Shown here piece after piece: positions 1-9,014 of a stretch of DNA of 21,340 nucleotides (within the stretch, counting starts at the first letter, position 1; each line of letters begins with the position of its first letter). This DNA comes from Abditibacteriaceae bacterium (GTDB lineage Bacteria > Armatimonadota > Abditibacteriia > Abditibacteriales > Abditibacteriaceae): positions 1-21,340 of the forward strand of contig JANPJS010000024.1 of NCBI GenBank assembly GCA_031425655.1, in the 5' to 3' direction. Made by a program: the position numbers and the translations under genes. The notes under the pieces were generated by a model. The model was not told the origin of the DNA and made no database searches. It worked only from the letters and a program-made list of their open reading frames with translations.

Positions 1-26
1 AGATTCTTCGCAAGCTCAGAATGACA
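1..26. repeat. Right arm of a REP-like palindromic intergenic element (AGATTCTTCGCAAGCTCAGAATGACA); left arm would lie outside the window
   Basis: Matches from memory the widespread TGTCATTCTGAGC...GAAGAATCT / AGATTCTTCG...GCTCAGAATGACA palindromic repeat family. Lies downstream of the amylase stop. The partner arm is not visible. Confidence 0.55.
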
Positions 27-102
27 AAGCTCTGACTTTTTGGCTCGATTCCGTCTTTCGAGACTGATTCTAAAAGACGCGATGCTCTTTTGCGTTTGGT
101 TT

Positions 103-1893
103 TCAGCTTTGCGGCGCGGTGTAAGTGGCGCGCAGCCAGTAGGCGGGTTTGGCGTTGGCGGCGGGCGTGTTGAAGGAGCGCACTTTGAAGGTGTGCCATC
201 CGGTTGTGCGCGCCGAAATCGTAACGGGCGTGCCTTGTGCCGTCGTGACGTAAACCACACGATGCCAGAGCTTGACATTATTGGGGTCGTAAGCTTCCAG
301 CAAAATTCCGGTTCCGTTCGACCAACCGGCTTTGTCCCAAAACAAAGCGGCACTCAAGGCTTTGCCGGACTGAGCGTAAACGCGGCCCACCGTGACTGTC
401 GCCTTGTTATCGGCGGGCTTGATATCCAAATCCATGGCGCCGGCGAATTCTTGCGTCACGGCGTAGTTGGGGCCGCCGAAACTGCCGCCGATGCCGTCGC
501 GCGAATAGCAAACGTAGCCTAAGCCGCCGTTGTTAGGCGGCACGCCAATCGTGACGTTGCCGTTGCCGTCCGTCCATACGTCACCGGCGTGACCGGTGTA
601 ATCGCGCAATTTGGTGTTGGCGCCAAAGCCGGTCGAAACCGTGATTGTGCGCCACGAGCTGCCGTTATCGTTTAATGCCACTAAAAGGCGCGGGCCGCCC
701 TGCCGCTCGAAGGCGAAAACGTCATCGTCCTTCCACTTTTGCACGGTGCCGCCCGATGCTAACTTTCCGTGAATCCAGATCAAATTGTCCAATTTGGGCT
801 TGAGGCCGTAGCAGCCGGGATCGGTGCTGTAATCCTTGTAAAACACGCAGGGATAGCCTTCGGAAGTCAGGATATAAGCGTAGGCGAGCAGTTTACTGGT
901 GCTAATCGGCTCGCTGCGGTCGGTGTCGTGGTTTTCGACGAAGGTCACCGCGCGCAACGGGTCGCGGCCTGCCATCCCGGCACGGTCAAGGGTGGCCATA
1001 TTGAAAAAGCCGCCGCCACTGCACATATCTTTCAGCACATAACGCAGCGGAAAATCAAACACGCTGGCCTTCCCTTGCAGGCTGGTATTAGCCCAGTAAG
1101 ACAGCAAGTCCATGTTGCCGTCGAAGTATTCGCCGACGGCGAATTTGCCGTTCATCTTGCCGTAGCTCATGAACTCGCGCAGCCACGACGACGAGGTGCC
1201 TTTGGCGTTGTCAATGCGAAACCCTTGAATATCGAGGGATTTAATCAACCACTCGCCGGCATCGCGTAGGCCGAAGTAGCAGTAGCCCCCGGCGCCATTG
1301 ACCGGCGCCAAGTCGCGGCCAAATTGAAAGCTGTCGTCCGGCACATTCGGGTCTTGCGGCACATTCGGATGAAAATCCAACGGGCCTTTTTGAAAGCGCC
1401 CGGTTTTCGGCGTGCCGTAAGCGTTGGTGTAATAAAAATTGTAGTTGCCGTCGTCGCCGTTACGATGGTTATGCACGATGTCCACATAAACTTCCAGGCC
1501 GTTGGCGCGCATCATGGCCACGCTTTTTTGAAGTTGTTCGCGCGTGCCGAAGCGCGTCGGAATGGTGCCCATTTGGTCTTTGGAGCCTAAATCGTAGTCG
1601 TCGAAAGTGTCGTAGCCCATCGAATAACCGCCGCCCGCGCCCTTTTGCACCGGAGGAATCCAAATCGAAGAAAAGCCCGCTTGACGCAGCATTTTCGCTT
1701 CAGCGCCCATTTTGTCCCACCACCACGGCACGTTGCCGCCGCCCGCAGCGGGCGAAGGCAAATCCCAGTAGAAGCCTTGCAGCATCACGTCCGCGCGGCC
1801 CGGACGAGCGATTGCGGCGCTCAAAACAGCGCATAACGCGACATAAATCGGCAAGCGGAGCGCAAAATGGCGGCGGAAACGGGAATTCGACAT
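103..1893 (-). CDS. Secreted alpha-amylase, glycoside hydrolase family 13, with extra C-terminal beta-rich domain
   Basis: GH13 motifs: VMLQGFYWD, SMGYDTFDDYDLG, region I DIVHNH, nucleophile FRIDNAKG, acid/base VGEYFD, region IV FVENHDT. N-terminal basic plus hydrophobic signal peptide ending near GRA-D. Confidence 0.95.
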   Translation of the reverse strand: MSNSRFRRHFALRLPIYVALCAVLSAAIARPGRADVMLQGFYWDLPSPAAGGGNVPWWWDKMGAEAKMLRQAGFSSIWIPPVQKGAGGGYSMGYDTFDDYDLGSKDQMGTIPTRFGTREQLQKSVAMMRANGLEVYVDIVHNHRNGDDGNYNFYYTNAYGTPKTGRFQKGPLDFHPNVPQDPNVPDDSFQFGRDLAPVNGAGGYCYFGLRDAGEWLIKSLDIQGFRIDNAKGTSSSWLREFMSYGKMNGKFAVGEYFDGNMDLLSYWANTSLQGKASVFDFPLRYVLKDMCSGGGFFNMATLDRAGMAGRDPLRAVTFVENHDTDRSEPISTSKLLAYAYILTSEGYPCVFYKDYSTDPGCYGLKPKLDNLIWIHGKLASGGTVQKWKDDDVFAFERQGGPRLLVALNDNGSSWRTITVSTGFGANTKLRDYTGHAGDVWTDGNGNVTIGVPPNNGGLGYVCYSRDGIGGSFGGPNYAVTQEFAGAMDLDIKPADNKATVTVGRVYAQSGKALSAALFWDKAGWSNGTGILLEAYDPNNVKLWHRVVYVTTAQGTPVTISARTTGWHTFKVRSFNTPAANAKPAYWLRATYTAPQS

Positions 1894-1917
1894 AAAAACC
1901 TCGACAAAGACAACAGT

Positions 1918-1951
1918 TTTTCAACGGGAGCTTACGTTGTTAGAATATAAT
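1918..1951 (+). promoter_or_regulatory. Putative sigma70-type promoter for the Calx-beta gene pair
   Basis: TTTTCA (1918-1923), 17 bp, then TAGAAT (1941-1946) preceded by TGn. An overlapping TATAAT sits at 1946-1951, inside the divergent intergenic gap. Confidence 0.35.
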
Positions 1952-2020
1952 AGCGATACCACCAGAACGCAAGAACCCATAAAATTGTGCCGTCGCGCAA
2001 GGCGAGGCGAAGGAAAAACC

Positions 2021-5000
2021 GTGAAATTTCAAATCTTAGTTCTCACTTTTGTGCTCGGCTTGACCGGCATCATGGCGCCTTCGGCGCACGCGACGGCGAA
2101 TTACATTTTCCACGAGCAAACGAGCAGTTTCGTGGCAACGCCGACTTGCCCCGATGGTGGCACCGATGTCACGGCGGGGCGCTACGTGGACAACGTAGAT
2201 CGTAGCAACATGGCGGGTTTTCAAGTGTTTTCTTCGGAAACTTACAGCCTGCGCGGCAAGATCGAATTTCAGTTTTTCACCGATCAAGTCAAGGTTTATT
2301 ACACCACCGACGGCACCGCCCCGGCGGGTGCTTTAGGCGTTGGCACAGGCACTACGCAGGTGATTAACGCCACTTACGCCACCACTTACTCCGATCAAAG
2401 CCAAAGCTGCGGCGTGATTGACGTGATTTCGGCGCAAATTCCCGCTCAACCGGTCGGCACTACGGTGAAATACATTATCGGCGCTTATCACACGGGCGGC
2501 GGCGACGAAATCTTCGCTAATAGCGGCACCTGCGCGACTTGCACCGCTTGCACAACCGCCTCGTGCGCAACGCTTTTTGAATATCAATCCATCGCTTCCA
2601 CGCTCACGGTCAACAGCCTGGCCGACCCCGGCGATGGCACTTGCGATGCGCTGGGAACCGGCGACGGCTGCACTTTCCGCGAAGCCCTGCAAGCCGCCAA
2701 TAACCTGACCGGGCCGGTCACAGTGGGCTTCGCTGCGGGCCTCAGTGGCACGATTGCGTTGGGCGATGTGCTGCCTTTTATAATCGCCGACGTTTCGATT
2801 CAAGGCCCCGGCGCTAATTCGATTACCGTTCAGCGCAGCGCGACAGCCGAATTTCGCATCTTCACGATTTCCAATTTTGCCACGCCCGGCCCGACGGTCA
2901 GCATCAGCGGCCTGACTATCGCGGGTGGCAAGGCCAGCGGCACTGCGCCCGATAACTGGGGCGGCGCGCTTTATAACGATCACGGCACGATTACCCTGCA
3001 AAACTGCGTTTTCAGCGGCAACAGCGCCGATCAGGGCGGCGCTTTGGCCAACGACGGTAGCGGCGGCAACAGCGGCACGTTTACCATCACCAATTGCGCC
3101 TTCAACAACAACAGCGCCACTACTTTGGGCGGCGCGGTTTATAATGGCGGCGCCGGAGGAACGGTGGGGGCGACTTTGCGCGGCTGCACCTTCAGCGGCA
3201 ACACGACCAGCGGCTCCAGCGGCTTGGGCGGCGCGCTTTTCAACGACGGTTTCGGCGGCGGCAACGCCACGATGAGCCTGACGAATTGCACGCTGGGCCA
3301 GAACAGCGCAACCGGCAACGGCGGCGCGATTTACAACAGCGGAACCGGCGGCACCGCGGTTTTGAGCCTGACAAGTTGCACCTTCAATCAGAATAGCGCG
3401 CCGGGCGGCGGCGCGGTTTACAACGACGGCAGCAACTTCGGCTCGGCCACGCTCACTCTCGGCAATACCCTTTTCAAAGCCGGCGCGACGGGCGGAACCT
3501 TAACCAATAATTTCGGCGCCATCACTTCCAGCGGCTACAACCTGAGCAGCGATGCCGCCAACGGCGATGCCCAAACCGCGCCCGGCGGCTTCTTGAACGC
3601 GACGGGCGACCTTCGCAACACCGACCCGCTGCTGGGCGCTTTGGCCAATAACGGCGGGCCGACGCAAACCATCGCATTACTCAGCGGCAGCCCGGCGCTG
3701 GATAAAGGCAAAGATTTGGGCACAATCGGCACCGATCAACGCGGCAGGACGCGTCCTTATAATAACAGCGCGGTGCCCAACGCCAGCGGCGGCGACGGCA
3801 GCGACATCGGCGCCTACGAAGAACAGCAGCCCACGATTTCCATCGCGGACGTTTCCATCGCCGAAGGGAATAGTGGCCCGACGAACTTAGTTTTCACCGT
3901 TACGCTCTCGCAATCTTCGCCGCAAGCGACAACCGTGGCTTACGCAACCGCGAATGGCACGGCAACGGCGGGCAGCGATTATGCCGCGACAACCGGCACG
4001 CTGACGATTCCGGCCAATCAAAGCAGCGCAACGATCAGCGTGCCGATTAGCGGCGACACGACGGTAGAACCGGCTGAAACTTTTGTGGTGAATTTGACCA
4101 CGCCCACCAATGCCACCATCGCCGATAATCAAGCGACGGGCACCATCACCAACGATGACCAGGCCACGCTTTCGATTAACGATGTTACGGTTGCGGAAGG
4201 AAACACGGGCACGACCAACCTCAGTTTTACCGTCACGCTGTCGCAGGCGATTTTGCAAAATGTGACCGTCAATTATGCCACGCAAGACGGCACAGCGCTT
4301 CAGCCCGCCGATTACACAGCGGCCAGCGGCGCCCTCACTTTCACGCCGGGAGGATCGCTGACCAGAACCGTCACTCTCGCGGTTAAAGGCGATACGCTTG
4401 ATGAAATCAACGAAAATCTGCGAGTCAACCTGTCCGGCGCAGTGGGCGCCACGATTTTCGACGCGCAGGGCATAGGAACCATCACCGACGATGATCCCAA
4501 TGCCGTTTTGACGATTGGCGACGTGACTTTCAACGAAACAACAGGCCCGGCCAGCAACGCGACGTTCAGGCTTACGCTTTCGCCGGCCAGCGGAAAAACC
4601 GTGACCATCAACTACACCACCGCCGACGGCACCGCCAAGCAGCCGGACGATTACATTGCGCGCAGCGGCTCGCTTGTGTTCCTGCCCGGCCAGACCACCA
4701 AAACCCTCACGGTCGGCGTGAGAAACGAAAATATAGACGAAGAAAACGAGTTCTTCAAAATCAACCTGAGTGGTATCGGCGGCGCAACCTTAGGCGATAA
4801 TCAGGGCATTTGCACGATTGTGAACGACGACACGTCGGCCATTTCCATCAACAACGTGACGATTATCGAAAACGATTCCGGCCCCAAGAACTTGAAGTTC
4901 ACGGTCACGCTTTCCAACCCGAACAGCCGCAATGTCACGGTTGCCTATGCCACCGCCGACAATACAGCCACAGCGGGCAGCGATTACGTGGCGACATCGG

Positions 5001-5539
5001 GCACCGTGATTTTCAATCCCGGCCAACTCATCAAGACCTTCATCGTGCAAAGCACCGGCGATTTGTTGGACGAAAACAACGAAACGTTTCTTATCAATCT
5101 GAGCAGCCCGGTCAATGCCGTCATCAGCGATGCTCAGGGCATCGGCACCCTCAACGATGACGATCTGGCTCCCACGCTTTCGATTAGCGATGCTGTCATC
5201 GCCGAGGGAAACAGCGGCACCGCCAATGCCACGTTTACAGTTACGCTCTCGGAAGTTAGCGGGCGCCCGGTCAGCATTAATTTCGCCACGGCTGACGGCA
5301 CTGCCAAGCAGCCGGACGATTACAATGCGCTTACGGGAACCGTAACCTTCGCGCCCGGCCAGACCAGCAGAACGATTGCGATTGGCGTCAAAGGCGACAC
5401 GATTGCGGAGCCGAACGAAACCTTCAGGGTCAATCTCAGCGGCGCGGTTGGTGCCAATATCGCCAATAATCAAGGCATCGGCACGATCACTAACGATGAT
5501 GCGGCGCCGTTGTTGTTTGAGGACGAGCCGAGCGAGTAA
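2021..5539 (+). CDS. Large secreted/surface protein: N-terminal YYTTDG beta-domain, CSLREA-like motif, beta-helix/polymorphic-repeat region, choice-of-anchor-Q-like domain, 5 Calx-beta repeats
   Basis: Start moved to GTG 2021 (AAGGA upstream, followed by signal peptide MKFQILVLTFVLGLTGIMAPSAHA). TVNSLADPGDGTC...CTFREAL; repeated GGA(L/V/I)(Y/F)N and FSGN motifs; DPLLGALANNGGPTQT...SPALDKG...DQRG...DIGAYE; five SIxDxxxxEG...GTIxxDD repeats from ~3827. Confidence 0.9.
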   Translation: MKFQILVLTFVLGLTGIMAPSAHATANYIFHEQTSSFVATPTCPDGGTDVTAGRYVDNVDRSNMAGFQVFSSETYSLRGKIEFQFFTDQVKVYYTTDGTAPAGALGVGTGTTQVINATYATTYSDQSQSCGVIDVISAQIPAQPVGTTVKYIIGAYHTGGGDEIFANSGTCATCTACTTASCATLFEYQSIASTLTVNSLADPGDGTCDALGTGDGCTFREALQAANNLTGPVTVGFAAGLSGTIALGDVLPFIIADVSIQGPGANSITVQRSATAEFRIFTISNFATPGPTVSISGLTIAGGKASGTAPDNWGGALYNDHGTITLQNCVFSGNSADQGGALANDGSGGNSGTFTITNCAFNNNSATTLGGAVYNGGAGGTVGATLRGCTFSGNTTSGSSGLGGALFNDGFGGGNATMSLTNCTLGQNSATGNGGAIYNSGTGGTAVLSLTSCTFNQNSAPGGGAVYNDGSNFGSATLTLGNTLFKAGATGGTLTNNFGAITSSGYNLSSDAANGDAQTAPGGFLNATGDLRNTDPLLGALANNGGPTQTIALLSGSPALDKGKDLGTIGTDQRGRTRPYNNSAVPNASGGDGSDIGAYEEQQPTISIADVSIAEGNSGPTNLVFTVTLSQSSPQATTVAYATANGTATAGSDYAATTGTLTIPANQSSATISVPISGDTTVEPAETFVVNLTTPTNATIADNQATGTITNDDQATLSINDVTVAEGNTGTTNLSFTVTLSQAILQNVTVNYATQDGTALQPADYTAASGALTFTPGGSLTRTVTLAVKGDTLDEINENLRVNLSGAVGATIFDAQGIGTITDDDPNAVLTIGDVTFNETTGPASNATFRLTLSPASGKTVTINYTTADGTAKQPDDYIARSGSLVFLPGQTTKTLTVGVRNENIDEENEFFKINLSGIGGATLGDNQGICTIVNDDTSAISINNVTIIENDSGPKNLKFTVTLSNPNSRNVTVAYATADNTATAGSDYVATSGTVIFNPGQLIKTFIVQSTGDLLDENNETFLINLSSPVNAVISDAQGIGTLNDDDLAPTLSISDAVIAEGNSGTANATFTVTLSEVSGRPVSINFATADGTAKQPDDYNALTGTVTFAPGQTSRTIAIGVKGDTIAEPNETFRVNLSGAVGANIANNQGIGTITNDDAAPLLFEDEPSE

Positions 5540-5542
5540 TCA

Positions 5543-5626
5543 TGGAGCGCCGTTTAAGGAGCGTCGGCATTCTGCCGGCTCCGTGCCACCAAGGTGGCGG
5601 CGCAACATAAAACGACCGGCGCTCCA
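5543..5626. repeat. Branched palindromic (REP-like) intergenic element
   Basis: Outer 10-bp perfect inverted repeat TGGAGCGCCG (5543-5552) / CGGCGCTCCA (5617-5626). It encloses hairpins GGAGCGTCGGCA-TTC-TGCCGGCTCC (5558-5582) and GCCACC-AA-GGTGGC (5585-5598). Confidence 0.6.
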
Positions 5627-5653
5627 AGCGCCACCGCCGTAAAGGAGAATCCG

Positions 5654-7813
5654 ATGTTGATTCAAACACTGAAAGCAAAACTCGCCGCATTCCTGCGCCC
5701 CGCGCTGTGTGGCCTCATGGTTTTTGCAACGGCGACATGGAGCATGCCCACGGAGGCGCAATCCTGCACGGCACCACCGAGTGGTTCTGTGAGTTGGTGG
5801 CGCGCCGAGAACAATGCTCTGGACAGCGTCGGCGCCAATCACGGCACGCTGCAAAATGGCGCAACCTTCGCGGTGGGCAAAGTCGGGCAGGCGTTCAGCT
5901 TCGATGGCGTGAATGATAATGTCGTCGTGTCTGATGCTCCTTCGTTGAACCCAGCGAACGCGATTACCCTCGAAGCGTGGGTTTTCATTACCGGCAAAGA
6001 CGGTGAAGATCGCGACATTATCTCCAAAGACGGCGAAAGCATTGACCGGCAATATTTGCTCACAGCCGGCGTCTCGAACAAGTTTCGTGCTCATATCGGA
6101 GTGCCTGGTGGGCTGATGTTTTTTGATGGCTCGACCTCGGTGACGCTCAACACTTGGTATCATGTGGCTATGGCGTATGATGGCGTGGCGCTCAAGCTTT
6201 ATGTGAACGGTGTATTGGATGGGTCTTTGCCGGTCACAGGTGACATTATCACGACTTCCCAACCTGTGCGCATAGGCGGAGGGGCGCCTGCGTTAGAGGC
6301 ACTGCATTTCCCCGGCCTTATTGATGAGCCAGCGATTTACAACCGCGCGCTCTCCGCTGCCGAAATCCAAGCCATTTTCAACGCGGGCAGCGTTGGCAAA
6401 TGCACCACGCCGGTGGTAAGTATCAGCGACGCGACGGTGACGGAAGGCAACAGCGGGACAACCAACGCCACCTTCACCGTGACGCTCAGCCCGGCCAGCG
6501 CGCAGACGGTCACGGTGGATTACGCTACCGCCAACGGCACGGCGACACAACCAGGCGACTACACGGCGCAACCGACCACCAAGCTGACTTTCACTCCTGG
6601 ACAGACCACCAAAACTTTCACCGTGCCGATCATCGGCGACGTGCTGGACGAGCTGGACGAGCGATTTTCGGTGGATTTGTCCGCCGCCACCAATGCCTCA
6701 ATTGCCGATAGTCAAGGGTTTGGCTACATCAGGGACGACGACGCTGAGCCTTTGGTGAGCATCAGTAACGTGACCGTGCTCGAAGGCGACAGCGGCACGG
6801 TGAACGCGGTTCTCACCGTCACTCTTTCAGCGCCCAGCGGCCGGCCGGTGAACGTGTTCTTCGACACCGCCAACGGCAGCGCTGTCGCTCCCGGCGACTA
6901 CGAATCGGTGGCGCTGACGCCGCTGCCATTCGCGCCCGGCGAGACGTCAAAAACGTTGGCGTTTGGCGTCGCCGGCGACATCACCGACGAGGCGAATGAA
7001 ACCTTCAACGTCAACCTCAGTTCACCCACCAGCTCAACGCTTCTTGACTCGCAGGGCGTGGTCACCATTACCGATGACGACGTCAGCATCACGGTCAACA
7101 ATCCGCGTTCGCTGCGCGAAGGCAATGTTGGTTCGTCCGGTTCGGTCACGTTCGACATCACGCTCAGCGGCACCCCTACGCAAACGGTGACCGTCAACTA
7201 CCAGACGACCAACGGCATCAACAACCCGGCAATAGCGGGCAGCGATTATGTCGCCAAAAGCGGCAAAGTCACGTTCTTGCCGACTGACACTGGACTCGCC
7301 CTCACGAAGAAGGTAACCATTCAGTTCATTGGCGACAGCACCGTTGAACTGAACGAAACCTTCTTCTTTGATTTGAAAACGCCGACTAACGCAACGATTG
7401 CCGACAGTCGCGGCGTAGGCCAGATCAACAACGACGACGGGCCGGGCATTACCATTAGCAACGCCGTCACCATCAACGAAGGAAATGCTGGCACTTCATC
7501 CCAAACCTTCATCGTAACGCTCTCGGCGGCTTCGACCAACACCGTCACCGTAGATTGGACAACGGCCAAAAACACCGCCGACACAGCCGATTACGTCGCG
7601 GCTTCGGGCAGGCTCACTTTCCTGCCCGGCGATCCGTTGAGTCAGACCATTACGGTGCTGGTGAAAGGCGACACGAACGTTGAGCCGAATGAGACTTACA
7701 AAGTCGCCCTGAGCAAGCCGACCTTCGCCTTCCTCGCCGATAATCTGGGCATCGGCACCATCCGCAACGACGATGCAGCCGCACTGATTTTCCAAGACGA
7801 ACCTTCGCAGTAG
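5654..7813 (+). CDS. Secreted LamG-like (concanavalin A/jelly-roll) domain protein with 4 Calx-beta repeats
   Basis: Start moved to ATG 5654 (AAGGAG RBS at 5642-5647); signal peptide to TEA-Q. LamG motifs GKVGQAFSFDG, ITLEAWV, WYHVAMAYDG, LYVNG, FPGLIDEPAIYNRALS. Four Calx-beta repeats follow. Confidence 0.9.
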   Translation: MLIQTLKAKLAAFLRPALCGLMVFATATWSMPTEAQSCTAPPSGSVSWWRAENNALDSVGANHGTLQNGATFAVGKVGQAFSFDGVNDNVVVSDAPSLNPANAITLEAWVFITGKDGEDRDIISKDGESIDRQYLLTAGVSNKFRAHIGVPGGLMFFDGSTSVTLNTWYHVAMAYDGVALKLYVNGVLDGSLPVTGDIITTSQPVRIGGGAPALEALHFPGLIDEPAIYNRALSAAEIQAIFNAGSVGKCTTPVVSISDATVTEGNSGTTNATFTVTLSPASAQTVTVDYATANGTATQPGDYTAQPTTKLTFTPGQTTKTFTVPIIGDVLDELDERFSVDLSAATNASIADSQGFGYIRDDDAEPLVSISNVTVLEGDSGTVNAVLTVTLSAPSGRPVNVFFDTANGSAVAPGDYESVALTPLPFAPGETSKTLAFGVAGDITDEANETFNVNLSSPTSSTLLDSQGVVTITDDDVSITVNNPRSLREGNVGSSGSVTFDITLSGTPTQTVTVNYQTTNGINNPAIAGSDYVAKSGKVTFLPTDTGLALTKKVTIQFIGDSTVELNETFFFDLKTPTNATIADSRGVGQINNDDGPGITISNAVTINEGNAGTSSQTFIVTLSAASTNTVTVDWTTAKNTADTADYVAASGRLTFLPGDPLSQTITVLVKGDTNVEPNETYKVALSKPTFAFLADNLGIGTIRNDDAAALIFQDEPSQ

Positions 7814-7829
7814 TGCTTTTGCGACAACA

Positions 7830-7862
7830 AAACAGCGGCGAGATTTATTCTCGCCGCTGTTT
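7830..7862. terminator. Probable bidirectional intrinsic terminator
   Basis: Perfect 14-bp stem AAACAGCGGCGAGA / TCTCGCCGCTGTTT with a 5-nt loop and A/T-rich ends, located between convergent genes. Confidence 0.75.
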
Positions 7863-7938
7863 GCTTATTCACGATTTACGTTAGCCGTGTGTTGCCCAAT
7901 GTGTAGCGCGAGCCAAGCGGGTTGGCAGCCATTTCTGC

Positions 7939-8991
7939 TTATGCCGGCGCGTCAATGATGCCGTTTTGCGTCAATCGTGCGACGAGCGGCGAATCTTCGA
8001 TGTCGAGCGGCAAAGTCACGCGGCCCCGGCTCCGGCTCGATTCCCACGTTGCAAAAATCAGCTCAGTCGCGCGTAAGGCACGGCGAGCGGCTAATTCCGG
8101 CTCGCGGCCCGTTTTCAGAGCGTCAATGGCGTCCTGAATGCCGTGAGTAATGGCATCATAGCTATGCAATCCTTCGTCGTCGGGCACGCTTTGCCAGTCG
8201 TTCTGACCTTTGGCCCAAATCCGCAAATTCTGGCCTTCACCGCCGCCGACTTCGATGACGCCTTCGCTGCCGATTAAGCGGTTTTCAGCCACCGGCATCG
8301 CCTCGAATCCCGTGACCAGCAAGCCGTAAACGCCATTCTGGAACTTGAAATGGCTTAGTCCCTGACTCTCGACCCACGCGCCGAAAATCGTGCGCGCTTC
8401 GGACACGTCAATCTGGCCCAGCACCCATTCGACGGGCGTTTCGTCGTTGTAAAAGAACATCATGTCGAACCAGTGCGTGCCCCAGTCATAAAGGTTCGAG
8501 CAACGCGCTTCCAAGCGCTGCAAATCGCCGATAGCGCCCGATTTCAGCAGTTCTTTGGCTTTGCGAAACGGCGCGCCAAAGCGCCTTTGATGATTGAAAG
8601 TGAGTTGCACGCCGTGTTCTTCGGCGGCTTCGACCATGCGCCGCGCATCGCCGAACGTGGTCGCCATCGGCTTTTCGCAGTGAATGGCGCGCACGCCGGA
8701 CTTAGCGCAGTCCAGCACCATCGGCGCGTGTAAATGCGGCCAGGTGCAAATGCTGATCATGTCGAGCTGCTCTTTTTCGAGCATCTCGTGATAATCCTGA
8801 TAAACGCGTGCCGCGCCGTGTTCTTTGGCGAACGCTTGGGCGTTTTCCAGCACGATGTCGGCTAAAGCCGTCAGTTCGATGTCGGGCGACGCGTTGTAGC
8901 CACGCGCGTGAGCGTGCGACATTCCCGACCCGGTCGCGCCGGGCTGGCGATGAGGCCGCCCACAGCCGATGATTCCCGCTTTAAGTGCCAT
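7939..8991 (-). CDS. Gfo/Idh/MocA family NAD(P)-dependent oxidoreductase
   Basis: Rossmann start KAGIIGCG; ICTWPHLH, CEKP, NHQRRF and catalytic DWGTHWFD motifs. Start set at ATG 8991 with AAAGGA upstream. Confidence 0.92.
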   Translation of the reverse strand: MALKAGIIGCGRPHRQPGATGSGMSHAHARGYNASPDIELTALADIVLENAQAFAKEHGAARVYQDYHEMLEKEQLDMISICTWPHLHAPMVLDCAKSGVRAIHCEKPMATTFGDARRMVEAAEEHGVQLTFNHQRRFGAPFRKAKELLKSGAIGDLQRLEARCSNLYDWGTHWFDMMFFYNDETPVEWVLGQIDVSEARTIFGAWVESQGLSHFKFQNGVYGLLVTGFEAMPVAENRLIGSEGVIEVGGGEGQNLRIWAKGQNDWQSVPDDEGLHSYDAITHGIQDAIDALKTGREPELAARRALRATELIFATWESSRSRGRVTLPLDIEDSPLVARLTQNGIIDAPA

Positions 8992-9014
8992 GAAATATGT
9001 TCCTTTACGCTGAT

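Noticed and set aside
1937..2020. ORF-track start at 1937 for the 1200-aa protein
   Set aside because: The extension overlaps the likely promoter; GTG 2021 has an RBS and begins a clean signal peptide.
2531..2566. CxxCxxC motif as a 4Fe-4S ferredoxin site
   Set aside because: The fourth Cys spacing is off, there is no following Pro, and the protein has a Sec-type signal peptide.
5594..5653. ORF-track start at 5594
   Set aside because: It lies inside the palindromic element; ATG 5654 has an AAGGAG RBS and a signal peptide.
5540..6262. 240-aa minus-strand ORF and other long antisense ORFs (2333-3001, 4790-5473, 17976-18782, 11887-12426, 40-522)
   Set aside because: They are shadows of well-supported genes in GC-rich DNA and show no recognisable motifs.
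3827..7770. Calx-beta repeats as DGR template/variable repeats or recent DNA duplications
   Set aside because: Similarity is protein-level domain repetition with general synonymous divergence; there is no adenine-specific pattern and no reverse transcriptase.
7876..7932. Small minus-strand ORF MAANPLGSRYTLGNTRLT after the oxidoreductase
   Set aside because: Only 18 codons, with no RBS or other support.
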